Shown piece by piece: positions 24,021 through 36,715 of a stretch of DNA of 64,000 nucleotides. The position numbers were made by a program, and so were the translations under genes. How positions within the stretch are numbered: position 1 is the first letter of the stretch; every line of letters begins with the position of its first letter. The notes beneath the pieces are model-generated. The model made no database searches, had not been told where the DNA came from, and saw only the letters and a program-made list of their open reading frames with translations. Source of the stretch: Octopus sinensis (lineage: Eukaryota); the NCBI RefSeq assembly GCF_006345805.1, contig NC_043009.1, positions 744,001-808,000 on the forward strand. The letters run 5' to 3'.

Positions 24021-24654
24021 TAATAGAAATATTTTTTAAATATTATAAACATTTTAATAACAGCAAACTTGTGTTTTATTTAAACACATACCAAGTTCAT
24101 AACCCTACTCTCTATATATACTCGTGAGCTATATGCTGAGTAACCAGTATTTCGTGTTCATAAGGCAGTGAGGGGCAGAACGGTTAGCACGCCCCCAGTA
24201 TTTCGTATACCTCTGCAATCTGAGTTCAAATTCCACTGGAATCTGTGGTTCCCTTCAATCTTTTGTTTTTGATAAAATAAGTGCCAGTCAAGCTTTGGCG
24301 TCAATATGATCGACTACTCACTCCACCAAATTTCAAACCTTGTTCCTATAGTAAAAAGGAATATTTCATGTACGATTTTTATTCACCCATCCTTACTATC
24401 TCATTCCCTTACAGTTACACGATTGTTTACAATGAAATATTCTGTGTGAATATATCGAGAGTGAAGTGACGTTTCTGGTTGGAACCTCCAGGTTTCCTGT
24501 CCTGAAATTGCCTGGCTAAGAGTTCATACGGTTGCAGGAACAATACCGGACACTTTGTAACTATGTTATGGTACCAACCAGCATGTTACAGAGGGTGTTT
24601 AAGAACTCAAAGGTGCATAAAACGGCAGACCCACACAGTTGTGCCCCCCCCCGA

Positions 24655-25005
24655 CTTTGTTTCCTGATAACGTCCAGGAAAATGGGTATAGTTTTTCAAT
24701 GAAATTTTCCACAAATACCTCTCAGATGGTGTAGATTACGATTATATCGCAATTTCATGTGAAAAAAACAAACAGAAAAAGTCCACACATATACACTGAC
24801 ACACATCACATATATATCCACAAGGTGGAACTTGAAATTTTGAAAAAATATTGAGATGTGTATCAGTATATATATGTGAGCGCCCTCTGTTTTTTTCACA
24901 TTAAATTCTGATATAGTCGTAATGTAAACTATCTGAGAGGTATTTGTAGAATATTTCCTCAAAGCATATCCATTTCTTCTGAAAGTTCTGTGGAAACAAT
25001 TGTGT
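24655..25005. mobile_element. MITE-like fold-back with long diverged inverted arms
   Basis: AAATACCTCTCAGAT...GTGAAAAAAA (about 24715-24770) mirrored by TTTTTTTCACA...ATCTGAGAGGTATTT (about 24890-24950). Confidence 0.6.
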
Positions 25006-25607
25006 GAAGAGCACACTTGTGAGGGTCTGCTCAAAATGTCCCCACAAACACCGAAACCAAGGCGAAGATGACTCTGACTTCACTCTAGCCTTCAGGTGTC
25101 GGGGTACGTCCCCTGACACACACTTTCCCTAGCCTCTAATCACCGCGAAAGGTTGAAAGAGACTGAATATTATTTGAAACGAAGTCCTTGAAGAAAACCG
25201 TTCCTATATTATGATGTCATAATGACAATATGAAAAAAATCTAGAAATCTCTTCACTAGACGGTGGTGCCCCAGCATGGCCGCGGCCTTCGGGTTAAAAC
25301 ACTTTTAAGGATTTTTAAAGATTTAAGACGAGAAATTCTTGAATGAATTTCACACATTCATACTACACGCGCACGCGCGCAATAATACACGCATAAGTAC
25401 AGAAACAAATATTTACATATATGATGCATACATTTACATTAATGTGTGTGTGTTTGTATGTGTATACATATTTGTGTGTGTGTGTTCGTGCTTTCGTGTG
25501 TGTGTTTGTGTGTGTATATGTGTGCATGTGCGCGTGTGTGTATGTGCGCGTGCGCGCGTCTGCGAACATATCTGTCTATCAACATATACAGATACAAAGG
25601 CGGCGAG

Positions 25608-25830
25608 CTGGCAGAGTGGTTAGCACGCCGGGCGAAATGCTAAGCGGTTTTTCGTCTGCCGTTACGTTCTGAGTTTAAATTCCGCCGAGGTCGACTTTGC
25701 CTTTCATCCTTTCGGGGTCGATAAATTAAGTACCATTTACGCACTGGGGTCGATGTAATCAACTTAATCCCTTTGTCTGTCCTTGTTTGTCCCCTCTATG
25801 TTCAGCCCCTTGTGAGTAATAAAGAAATAA
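25608..25830 (+). mobile_element. SINE family 1 monomer (head-core-tailA)
   Basis: A box TGGCAGAGTGG, B-box-like GAGTTTAAATTCC, core, tail TTTGTCCCCTCTATGTTCAGCCCCTTGTGAGTAATAAAGAAATAA. Confidence 0.85.
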
Positions 25831-26289
25831 AAAACGTTATCACGCCGGGCAAAATGATTAGCGGTATGTCGTCCGTCTTCATGTTCTGTGTTCAAATTCT
25901 GCCGAGCTTCACTTTGCCTTTCATCCTTTCCAGATCGATAACAAAAATATCATTTGAGCACTGGGATCTATGTAACGGAATTACTGGCCTTGTATCAAAA
26001 TTTGAAATCAATACACGCATAGAGGCAGCGGGCTGGCAGAAGGATTAGCATGCAGGGCTAAAGGCCTAACGAAATTTCTTTCGTCTTTACGTTTTCAGCT
26101 CAAACCCCACCCTGGTCGCCTCTGTCTTTAACCATTTCCACGTCAATAAAATGAGTAGCATTTGAACACTGGAATTGATGTCATCGTGTTCCTCAACCCC
26201 ATTGAAATTTCTGGCTTTGTGCCAAAATTTCAAACCAATATGCACAGGTATATGTTTATGTGTGTGAATTATTTGTGTTATGTAAATCT

Positions 26290-26800
26290 CGACTCATCTT
26301 TTCCACCCGCTTACTTCCTGGAAGAGTTACTGGGGAAAAGCGTCCTCGAGCACGACTTTCATCGGGTCCGTCAGAAACGACCGTCTCCGACTGAACCAAC
26401 TGGAACCACAAACGACACCAGCCAGCGCATGGATGTTGTCCAAATAATTAGCTCGTGGACTACTCCGGCGATTCCTGCCGGTTCTTTTTACTCGTAAAAC
26501 CTGTCCATCTATTCTTTCTTGAGACATTCTTACGACATTTCCATAGTATCGGAGATGTGATCTCCCAATTCGGAGTAGAGGCCCTGCCTGGAACACCACT
26601 CTAATCTCCAGGCTACGCACACAATAGAGTAATTTATCTCCAAAGACTATTCGGAAGAACCCCATTTCGGCCGTTTATACTCTTGATCGTATTCATTCGA
26701 TTATTACCCTAGAGGATTTGTACCACACTAAGCACCACAAAGGTTCGCCGTCTGTGGTTTATAAGACGTATTCACTTATTTGTAATCAATTAAGTATTTG
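26290..26800 (-). pseudogene. RTE-clade LINE 3' fragment
   Basis: AEMGFFRIVFG ... LRYYGNVVRMSQERI ... RSSPRANYLDNI, similar to the RWFGHVxRM ... RGRPRxRWxD C-terminus of RTE. Confidence 0.6.
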
Positions 26801-27828
26801 ACAATAATTGGTTATTCGGTATGTCAACAAAGGATATAGTGTGCTGTGAACTGCGGCTGCTGATATCCATATATTTACTGCGGCTGTGGCGAATCTTCAT
26901 TGCTGCTAATATGCTGAAATCTACACCAGAAAAAAACTCAGACTGTTTGAGCTACCATTTAAGATAGCATTGCGAGGTTATCTTGAATTATAAGAAAGGT
27001 TACGAGTTCCCTCTTATATTGCAAGGTTATATTAGGATATGAGGAACGTTGCGCTCAAAAGCAGAATATACCCAGTGGCAAGACAAAATATTAAACCATT
27101 CTGTTTGTATGAGAGTACAAAAGATTGTATAAAAGCTGTTGAAGATCCTTCCGGGGCGCATAATACTTTTAACTCGTTGCGTGTAGATGCTCGCCTGATG
27201 TTTTCATGCACTATCATTTGTAACCCAGGGCGGGGGGGCACGTTTTATTTTTATACTTTCTACATGCACTACTTGGTGCGCCGTGGTTGGTGGCTGTTGA
27301 GAGGAAGGTGATTTGTTTCTATGTCTCATGAATGTGTAGCGAATGCTATGTTCATTATTTGGCTGTCTATAGCTGCTAATTGGCGTCTTTTGCCTCTTTT
27401 CTACAAGTGGTCACATGACCATACCCGTTCGTGCTAGTTGGCTGCTTTAAGTCGTCCAATCAAGCCGTTTGCCAGACCAGATGTCTGATCTGTTTGGAGC
27501 CAACAAATGGCTATAAATAAGAAATTTATTTTTAAGATAACCAAAGAGGAGAGAATTTTCACCAGAGATATTTGATGCCATGCTTTGTGTTTATCCCGCA
27601 CACATCACCATGTACAAGGAATTCATGTATTTTTTTAACAGAACTATTCGTACCTTCGGAACACAAGCAGTACTATATTCTTTCTTCTTTGTCAGTTTTT
27701 GTCACGCAGTGGCCCACATTTTGAAATACTTGCAAACTGTATTTTTATTGCTCATATTTGCTTCACTTGATATATATTTCCGAAATTAAACATTTTAATA
27801 TACAAGATATACTTCACATTATTACATA

Positions 27829-28210
27829 CTAGCAGTATCGCCCGGCGTTGCTCGGGTTTGTAAGGGAAATAACTATAAAGCATTTTTAGAGAGTTATAGC
27901 CAAAAAATAGCAAAAAAAGGGGAAAAAATGATGGTAAATTTTTTTTAGAGTTAAAAAGGTCGAGTTGCGTCCCCTAGACAGTCTGTGGTTTGTGTTTCTG
28001 ATTCTCGACTCCATGTCGAATTTATCGATTTTTTTCAGAACTGGGGGAACTTTTCAAAATTTTCGCTGCGTTAGTTTTGAATTATGACATTGGGCTATGT
28101 GTGTGTCAAGTTTCATCAGAATCGGTTGAAAGCCGTGGTCAGGGTGAGGGTACAACCTAACAGACACACAGACACGCAGACAGACAAACTGCCGTTTATA
28201 TAGAGATAGA
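27829..28210 (-). mobile_element. Non-autonomous Helitron
   Basis: 5' TCTATCTCTATATAAACGGCAG; 3' AACCCGAGCAACGCCGGGCGATACTG-CTAG. Confidence 0.8.
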
Positions 28211-28440
28211 TACTATACGCTTAGGCAAAAAATATTGTGTTTATTAACTATCTTCAAAATGATCTCAGCATCAATGCTAACTTGCTAAGGCAGTTACGAA
28301 AGGCTATCAAGACCAACGCCCTAAAAAATGATGAATGGGGTCTTGTTTCGTTAGGACAAGTTTCAGCACGCAAGTCCTTGGTTTCAATGGCTGCTGTGCG
28401 TGACTGGCTTTAAACTGTTTGATCACTCTCTCTATATTAG

Positions 28441-28710
28441 TGATTTGTTTCCATTTGATTATCATCTGTTTCCCAATATGAAAAAACACTCGGCTGGGCA
28501 CCAGTATCGATTTGATGATGACGTCTTATCTGCAATTGATGACCATTTTGACCAATAGGATAGCGTCTTCACCAATGGGATCCAAGCACTGCAACTACTG
28601 ATAGAAGTGTGTGGACACTAAGAGGAACTATGTGAAAAGATGAACTTTGTTTAGTCACATTCCATGAGAGTATCTTTGATCAGCCTATGAGCATTTCAGT
28701 CGACCCCCAT
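28441..28710 (+). pseudogene. Mariner transposase C-terminal fragment and right end
   Basis: DLFPFDYHLFPNMKKHSAGHQYRFDDDVLSA (SPDLAPSDYHLF-like motif). Confidence 0.7.
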
Positions 28711-28951
28711 AATAATAAAAAAAATATTATTATAACTGCATTTTTTTTAAATGTTAACATTGAAAAAAATCCACTATTTTCGTAAAAGGTTTCGACCTGA
28801 GTTTGCACCACCTAAGCAAATTTTGTTCCCGGGCCAGTATGTGTATGTGTGTGTGTGTGTGGTGTATGTATGTACGTATGTATATATATATATATATATA
28901 ATATATAATAATATATATATATATATATATTATATATATTATATATATATG

Positions 28952-29365
28952 CTCTTACTCTTTTACTCCTTTACTTGTTTCAGTCATTTGACTGCGGCCA
29001 TGCTGGAGCACCGCCTTTAGTCGAGCAAATCGACCCCGGGACTTATTCTTTGTAAGCCCAGTACTTATTCTATCGGTCTCTCTTGCCGAACCGCCAGTTA
29101 CGGGGACGTAATACACCAGCATCGGTTGTCAAGCAATGCTAGGGGGACAAACACAGACACACAACATATACACACACATACATATATATATATATAATAT
29201 ATACGACAGGCTTCTTTCAGTTTCCATCTACCAAATCCACTCACAAGGCATTGGTCGGTCCGAGGCTATAGTAGAAGACACTTGCCCAAGATGCCACGCA
29301 GTGGGACTGAACCCGAAACCATGTGTTTGGTAAGCAGCTACTTACCACAGAGCCACTCCTGCGCA
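28952..29365 (-). mobile_element. tRNA-derived SINE family 2, full length
   Basis: Minus strand GCGCAGGAGTGGCT..GTGGTAAG, GGTTCAGTCCCACTGCGTGGCATCTTGGGCAAGTGTCTTC (CORE-like), tail (GTAAAAGAG)n. Confidence 0.85.
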
Positions 29366-29387
29366 TATATATATATATATATTATAT

Positions 29388-29465
<78 letters not shown>

Positions 29466-29801
29466 GCACAGGAAATAAATAAACATCTTTAATTTTCAAA
29501 ATTTCTGATCTAAACGTCTTAATATGTAGAATTTACAATGTAATTATTCTTTTTCATTCCAGATGTCATTATAGTAAAGATTTGCGAAGAGTAACCATGT
29601 ACATGCATTAATGGATACAACAAAACTGAATGTACAATATACCAGCCGTAAGAGACAGGTGCAGGATGGGCCGAAGCCATCACTGTGTTGAATAAAGATT
29701 CTTGCTAAACCCATTTTTCGTTTCCCTCATTTATTATAACCCAACAAAACACTGCAGAATTCCTGACGTAGATCAAAATAATTACTCACACACACACACA
29801 C

Positions 29802-29878
<77 letters not shown>

Positions 29879-30347
29879 CATAAACATGCATCGGACTTCT
29901 TTCAGTTTCCGCCTTCCAAATCCACTCACAAGCCTTTGGTCGGTCCGAGGCTATAGTAGGAGACATTTGTCCAAGGCGCCACACAGGAGGACTGAACCCG
30001 GAACCATGTTGTTGGGAAGCAAGCTTCTTACCACACAGCCACATTGCAGGCTCAATTCTCAGACCGGGCGACGCGTTGTGTTCTTGAGCAAAACACTTCA
30101 TTTTACGTTGGCCCAGTCCACTCAGCTGTAAGCGAACAACGCTGCAACAGAATAGTTTTCCGATCAGGGTTGGCCGGTTCGCTAACCAGCGAGGTGGCAT
30201 CATTAAAAGCTAAAACAATGCCAAGCGCATTGTGACAAGCGATGTATAACAACATCCGATAGTTTGGTCAGTACCATGATATGTGACATATATGTATATA
30301 GATCACATACATACGCACACATACATACCTTCCACTGGGAAATTAAA

Positions 30348-30765
30348 TAGGCGCAGGAGTGGCTGTGTGGTAAGTAGCTTGCTTATGAACCACATGGTTC
30401 TGGGTTCATTCCCACTGCGTGGCACCTTGGGCAAGTGTCTTCTACTATAGCCTCGGGACGACCAAAGCCTAGTGAGTGGATTTGGTAAACGGAAACTGAA
30501 AGAAGCTCGTCGTATATATGTATGTATGTGTGCGTGTGTGTGTGTATGTGTGTGTGTGTGTGCGTGTCTGTGTTTGTCCCTCCAACACCGCTTGACAACC
30601 GATGCTGGTGTGTTTACGTCCCTGTAACTTAGCAGTTCGGCAAAAGAGACTGATAGAATAAGTACTAGGCTTACAAAGAGGAAGTCCTGGAGTCGATTTG
30701 CTCGACTAAAGGCGGTACTCCAGCATGGCCGCAGTCAAATGACTGAAACAAGTAAAAGAGTAAAG
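30348..30765 (+). mobile_element. tRNA-derived SINE family 2, full length
   Basis: TAGGCGCAGGAGTGGCTGTGTGGTAAG ... GGTTCATTCCCACTGCGTGGCACCTTGGGCAAGTGTC ... GACTGAAACAAGTAAAAGAG. Confidence 0.85.
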
Positions 30766-31329
30766 TGAGTGTAAATGAAGCGAAATTACTCCAAAGGGAA
30801 GTAAAACTCTCTGTGAGATCTGTACTTTCCTCAGATAAGTTTTTCATGCGGGGCATCACAAATGAATGTTGTCATGGAGCTGTGGTGCCTGCTTATTCGT
30901 TTCAGTAAGTATAGGATAACTAAAGCAATGAATCTTAGTAAAACTTTAATGAGGATTTTGGATCAGAGACATTTTAGAGATTCAGGAAACATTACAAAAA
31001 TCGGAAAATGGAATCGTTTTGTTCAATGCCCGATATCATAATAATTGAATTCATTTAGATAATTGTATCTGTTAAGATCAATATATTATTATGACATCAT
31101 TTCGTGTTTTTTTTTTTTCGTTAAAGTTAACTTCAACAAAACACCACAAATGGCAGCTCTCTGGGGAGTCGCTGCTTAATGTCGGTAGTTAATTGGGTGG
31201 ATGAGCGGTTTCTCTTTTCCAATCCCTAGGAGTACTGGTATTCTTTTTTCCATTGTCCCAGAAGTTATGGTATTCTTATTTCCTAAGCTGATTACATATT
31301 AAGATTATTAAGAGGGAAGTGTATAGATA

Positions 31330-33070
31330 AGAGAAGTGGGTATCTCATGAGCTGTCAACGGAGAATAAAGCAGTGCAACCATCAATTTGAAACAATTAGA
31401 TAATCAGGATTAAACAAATACGTTTTTCTAATCGAATTGTGACAGGTGATGAGAAATGGCGATCGCCAAATGAAATTTCAGTTCCAATAATTAAACAAGA
31501 TGTACACTCAATGAGTTTGTTGTACTTTTTATGGAATACTAGCATTAAAGACCCGTCGTTGACGGGTCATAGTGCTAGTGCATGTATATATGTGTATATA
31601 TATATGTACATACTACATGTTCATCTATATATATACATCTTCACATAAAATACAAAATACAAAGTTATATCTTGATATCGCTAGTGATAACAATACTCAA
31701 AATATATAAAAGCCTGGAATTGTTAGCCCGTCTCTTGTAATTTCGATCACTTGTATCTTATCCTCCCTCTTGTATAGAAGTGTGGCTACAATCCAGCCTA
31801 CCTCTACTTCTGGGGGGGGGGATCATTTTAAATTTTTTTCCGGGACGTCCTACGTCCCAGATATAAAAGTAAAAATAAAATATTTCCACTTTGCAAGTTC
31901 GAGTCGAGTACTCCCTTGCACGCTCCGTTGACTCGAACCTTGCTTCTATTGCGGCGAATTTACCGCCTCTGATTAGATATCTTTCATAGTCGAACCAAGA
32001 CACTTTTCGAAGGTGCTTTCCTCCATGTGTTCAAATCTTTTTTCTCTACATTGTATACTTTATAGACAATAGTCTTTTCGTTAATTTAATTTTTTATTAT
32101 TCATCTGGACTATTCCATTTCTGCACGCTAATTTTAGTTTTGATTTATTCCCATTCATGTGAAACCACTTATTCAAGTTCAAATCATTGATGCAATTTTA
32201 TACCAATTGCTATTTTTACTTTTATCATGTTACTTTAGTTTGATTTTAATTATTACTTACTACATATAATTCAATTGTTATTATTATTTTTATTGTTAAA
32301 GTGAAAGCATCTGACATAAAATAGAGAAACGTTTTTGTTTCACTTTTAACACGTAATACTGAAATAGTGGAGAAGATATGATATTGCTATGGGCTCGCTC
32401 TAGGCAAGAAGTTGAACATTTTTTGCCGATGACACTCCCCGGACCCTAAGTAAGGCATGTGTAAAATTTGATTGAAATTGGTTGCGTAGTTCTCAAGTTT
32501 TAGGGAAACACACAGACAGACAGACAGACACACACACATCCTCAGTTTAATATATATAAAGATAATAGGTATTGACAACTTCAAATTATTGGAACATGGA
32601 AAGCATCGCCACAGAACTTTATTACCAATAACTGGAACGTGTCAATCAAGTTTTGCTCAAAAAGCAACCAGATCTCGTCAAGAAAATGGCCGTCATCCTG
32701 CAAAATGATAATACAATGCTATATTTGGTGAAGATAATCTAAGAAAAGATAAATTCATTAGGGTGAGGGGCTTTAACTCACCCTTCTTACTCTCCAGACT
32801 TTAACTCACCCTTCTTACTCTCCAGACCGAGCACTGTCAGATTTTCATTTATTCAGGTCGCTTGAATACTTTACTAGTGAAAAAAAAACATTCATAAGGT
32901 GTCAAACGGCACTCCAAGCATTTTCTCTCCAAAAGAACCTGATTTTTGTAACCGAGGAATCAGAAAACTACTTTGGAAGTGGGAAAATGTTATTGCTAAC
33001 AATGGCGATAATATTTTTAATGAATACATATTTTTACGATGTGTTTTATGCTGATTTGATCTCATTTCAT
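31330..33070 (+). pseudogene. Mariner transposase relic split by a Helitron insertion
   Basis: KWVSHELSTENK and NRIVTGDEKW (31333-31460); continues after 32563 as LLEHGK, ILQNDN, LTHPSYSPD (locally duplicated), DFHLFRSL. Confidence 0.75.
31539..32562 (-). mobile_element. Non-autonomous Helitron with unrelated internal segment
   Basis: 5' TCTTTATATATATTAAACTGAGG at 32562; about 400 bp of its 5' part matches 20752-21253; 3' hairpin GACCCGTC/GACGGGTC then CTAG at 31539; A|T site without TSD. Confidence 0.8.
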
Positions 33071-34336
33071 AAGATGCGACATTGCTTTTCGATTAAATTC
33101 CCTGGAAATTCCCGGAAATTTAAAGAAATTCCTTCAATTGGTTTGACCTATCAGTGACGCAAGTTAATTATGCAAAAGCAAGTCAGGAGAACGTAATGAA
33201 ATATCGCCAAGCGTTTAATACGATACAATAGAACTTTTTCCAAACTATTAGGTCATCTGTTGAGTTCTTTTTTTTTCGTTTTGAAATAAGTTTCATGGGA
33301 ATAATGCAGCGATATGGTAACGTGATAGGAAAGTATTATATCGATTAGCCAGTTTCAGTCATGACCTTTCACAACAATGGATGGACCACTGATCAAGCAC
33401 AAGATTACATTAATAAATTTGCTTCAAGCATAATCATAAACGCAAAAAACAAATATTCGATACCCGCTAAATAATGTAAATCTGAAATACTTTGAACTAA
33501 AAATATCAGAAATATGATAGCACTGGTTAAAAACAAAATACCACAAATACTAAATATAAAATATGCATAAAAATAACAATATCTTCACCCCGTGACTTTT
33601 GCAGTCACTTCGAGGCTAATGAGACTGATATAGCAGATACTCGGGTTGAATATCTGCTGACCAATATCTGCATCATAAGAAAACGTGGACAAAGAGGGAG
33701 CAGTAGGTTTGGTCAGGATACTTGCAACTGAGAGGAGTAAAAAATGATGTGGGTGGGGCTAATATACGAAACTCTCTTCAGAGTAAACATCATTAATTGG
33801 TGCTGTGGTGGTAGTAATTCATTTTATCTCGTGTTGGCCAATTGCTGAAGCAGTTAATCTTTAACCTTATCAGAGATTTCAGTGAATATTTCGGGTCATA
33901 AAAAATTGAAATCTTCAGGAAACAAAGTCGAGATAGAAAGGGAGAGAGAGAGAGAAAGGGGGAGAGAGAGAGGGAGAGAAAGAGAGAGAGAAATGGGAAT
34001 CTTTTTGTTTGAGCATGTTATTTCAACAAAATGTTTAATATCCGATATCTCATAACAAAATATTTTGCACCCGATATCTCATAACAAAATAATTCAGTTT
34101 GATTATGGAACTGCGTATGAGGCCAATACATCATTATAACATATTTTCGATAACTCCATAAGAGGCAAAATGGTGGATCTATGGAATTGCTGCTTAATTC
34201 TGGTAGATAATAACGTTAAGTGGATAGACGAGATGCAAGAGAAATAAAAGCCGAAGAAAAATAAAACAGTATTAATTGCAATCGAATTTTGGTCTTAAAC
34301 TCAGTTTGCTGAAAACAGTTTTTACTTTGCAATACT

Positions 34337-34854
34337 TACCATAAATCCTCGAGTATAATCCGCATTTTTTTCCCAAAACTTAACGGTCAAAATCCCTAGT
34401 GCGTACTATATACGAGGCTAAAAATGAAAAATATGTTCTAAGCAATGTCCGAGTCTCTATTTGCAATGTTTATTCAGACGCATTTTGTGATGTCGGACGC
34501 GAAAATACCTTAAGCTAAGCCTGAAAGCCATGAAGTCATAAAAGAATCATCCATAACTTGCAGTAAGGAACATTTATCAAAATAAAAGTATTCAGAACAC
34601 AGAATAACATGTGACAAAAACAATTTGAAAACATATTTACATTCCTATATAACAGTTAAGAACATCACCATTATTGTATTACGCATGCACGGTAGTGTTT
34701 GTTCGACTAGGTGCTGCTGGCTTAATTACGCACGACTCAAGTTAGAGAAGGAGTGCGTATTATACACAATGTTTAGGTTTTTCAGAGGTACAGTCCCCTA
34801 AAAATCTCCTGCGTATTATACTCAAGGGCGGACAATACTCGAAGATTTACGGTT
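34337..34854. mobile_element. Tigger/pogo-like MITE
   Basis: TIRs TACCATAAATCCTCGAGTATAATCCGC and GCGGACAATACTCGAAGATTTACGGTT. Confidence 0.7.
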
Positions 34855-35454
34855 GTTACAGTTTTTACTGAGACCAAGTTCAGTCGATTAAATAGGTTCA
34901 AGAACAGAATTGTGTTTATATTTTGTCGACCACCGAAGCATTTGAATTCAGAACTTAAACAGATGTAAAAAAAATGTTACTTTCTTTGCCAGTATGTTGG
35001 ACGAGTTTAAGCAATAAAAACCATCTTAAATTTATTAACCATGAAAATCTGTCTGTACTTTCTTCAATCTTTACAGCCCTGCCCTGTCAGAGATACTACA
35101 TTAGTAAGTCTTTCCTCATTATTTTGACAGGCATCACTGATGAGGTCATAATATAAACGAAACATATCTTGGGTTGTCTGCCGTACTTACATTTTCACTC
35201 TTTTACTTGTTTCATTCATTGATCAGCGGTCTGCGGGGGGCACCATCTTAAAGGAATTCTAAAGGTTCTTATCAGTTCCATTACTTGAATTAATCTATTT
35301 GTGGAAACAGTATGTTGCCGAAAATAAATGAGTTACAAAATATAAACGAACGCACGGTTTTACGTGCGTTGTTAACATAATGACGGACGTAGAGACAGAC
35401 ACACAGACACACACACACAGAGGCTCGCACACACACAAATACACACACATCATT

Positions 35455-35770
35455 ATCATCAAGAGCCCATAGCAGATGCTGTTAGTCGTTGGGTTGCCAC
35501 TCTAGTCGCTTTAATAGTCAGCCGTCGTTACTGGTCCTTGATCTCTGTCATGCGCAGCGAGGTCGCTGCGTTATAACCTACCCAGTTATTGACGTTGTCA
35601 AAACAAGATTTTCTCTGTCTGTCGCTCTTTCGCCCCCCCCCCTCAACGGTGTCCTGAAGAATGGTTTGGGACGGGCAGTTGTGACAAGATATATTACTGC
35701 ACCAGACATGGTTTCGCCTTTTTGCCAGCGCAAGGAGCGGTATCTCTCTGCCCGCGTATTTGTTAACTTG
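35455..35770 (-). pseudogene. RTE-clade LINE 3' end with (GAT)n-like tail
   Basis: Fragments such as TILQDTVEGG and CFDNVNNWVG; ends CTCTTGATGATAATGATG. Confidence 0.55.
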
Positions 35771-35789
35771 CTACCTGGCTCTTCGTTTG

Positions 35790-36056
35790 TATTAACATGT
35801 GACATTATTGACCGAGGTTACCGTGGTCTTTTCCGTAGGCTTTTCTTTCCACGGATAAACCTTATATGTTCCCCCTTTACATTTTACATCATGACATTTC
35901 TGTGATACACGATCCATATTGATCTTTTTTTCTTTTTTTGCGATCCCTTTTGATCGAAAACCTACCTCCCACCACTTTTATTTCTCCCCAAAAAGAAAAG
36001 CTCTACTTTGTAATTTGTCCCCTCTGTGTTCAGCCCTGTGTGGCTAATAAAGAAAC
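35790..36056 (+). mobile_element. L1/Tx1 3' UTR fragment
   Basis: GAGGTTACCGTGGTCTTTTCCGTAGGCTTTTCTTTCCA matches the reverse complement of 50220-50260; ends GCCCTGTGTGGCTAATAAAG as does the element at 50018. Confidence 0.75.
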
Positions 36057-36384
36057 ATAATATTCTGTGTACGGAACAATACATATATACACATGGGTAC
36101 GTGTTTCTGTCTATTAATGTTTCAATTTTTACTCTATCAAAAACAAGAAAGAAGTATTTTTTTTTAGAATTCCCCAAAAAACGATTTCGAAGATACATCA
36201 ACCAGAGCAGAATATGTTTCAAGCTACAAACTGAATGCCATTAACCTTTTCTGTTTGGTTGCCAGCTTTCAATCACTTCAATTCCTGCTCGAATTGATTT
36301 CATATTCGGTGTAATGATATGCTTTTATATGCTACTCACTGCTTTGAAATTCATTTTCACAATAAATCAATAAATAAGTTATTA

Positions 36385-36494
36385 GATACAGTTCTATATT
36401 TAAGAGATGAGGAATTATGTACGGGGCATATGGCGTAGTGGTTAAGAGCGCGGGCTACTAACCCCAAGATTGCGAGTTCGATTCCAGGCAGTGA

Positions 36495-36562
<68 letters not shown>

Positions 36563-36715
36563 TCAAAAAATACCTTAGGAATGAGAAGCCAGGTTCAAAA
36601 TTTGCCCAAGACACCTGATGAAAGCTGGAGGGTGTATCAGCCGAAACGTTTTGTTAACAACAAACAAGATGAGGACAAATATCCGTCAAATGTAAATAAT
36701 GTAAATAATGTAAAA
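36385..36715 (+). mobile_element. Composite element: tRNA-like head + (TAA)n + PLE-type tail with hammerhead motif
   Basis: A box TGGCGTAGTGG (36430), B box GAGTTCGATTCC (36474), (TAA)n 36500-36561, ACAC-CTGATGA-A-AGCTG...CAGCC-GAAA-CG-T-T-TTGT at 36611-36654. Confidence 0.7.

Noticed and set aside
35128-35175. CTGATGA...GAAAC hammerhead-like string
   Set aside because: Helices I, II and III each have mismatches; consistent with chance.
36422-36498. Functional tRNA gene
   Set aside because: A and B boxes are present, but the acceptor stem and 3' end do not pair convincingly and it runs into (TAA)n; treated as a SINE head.
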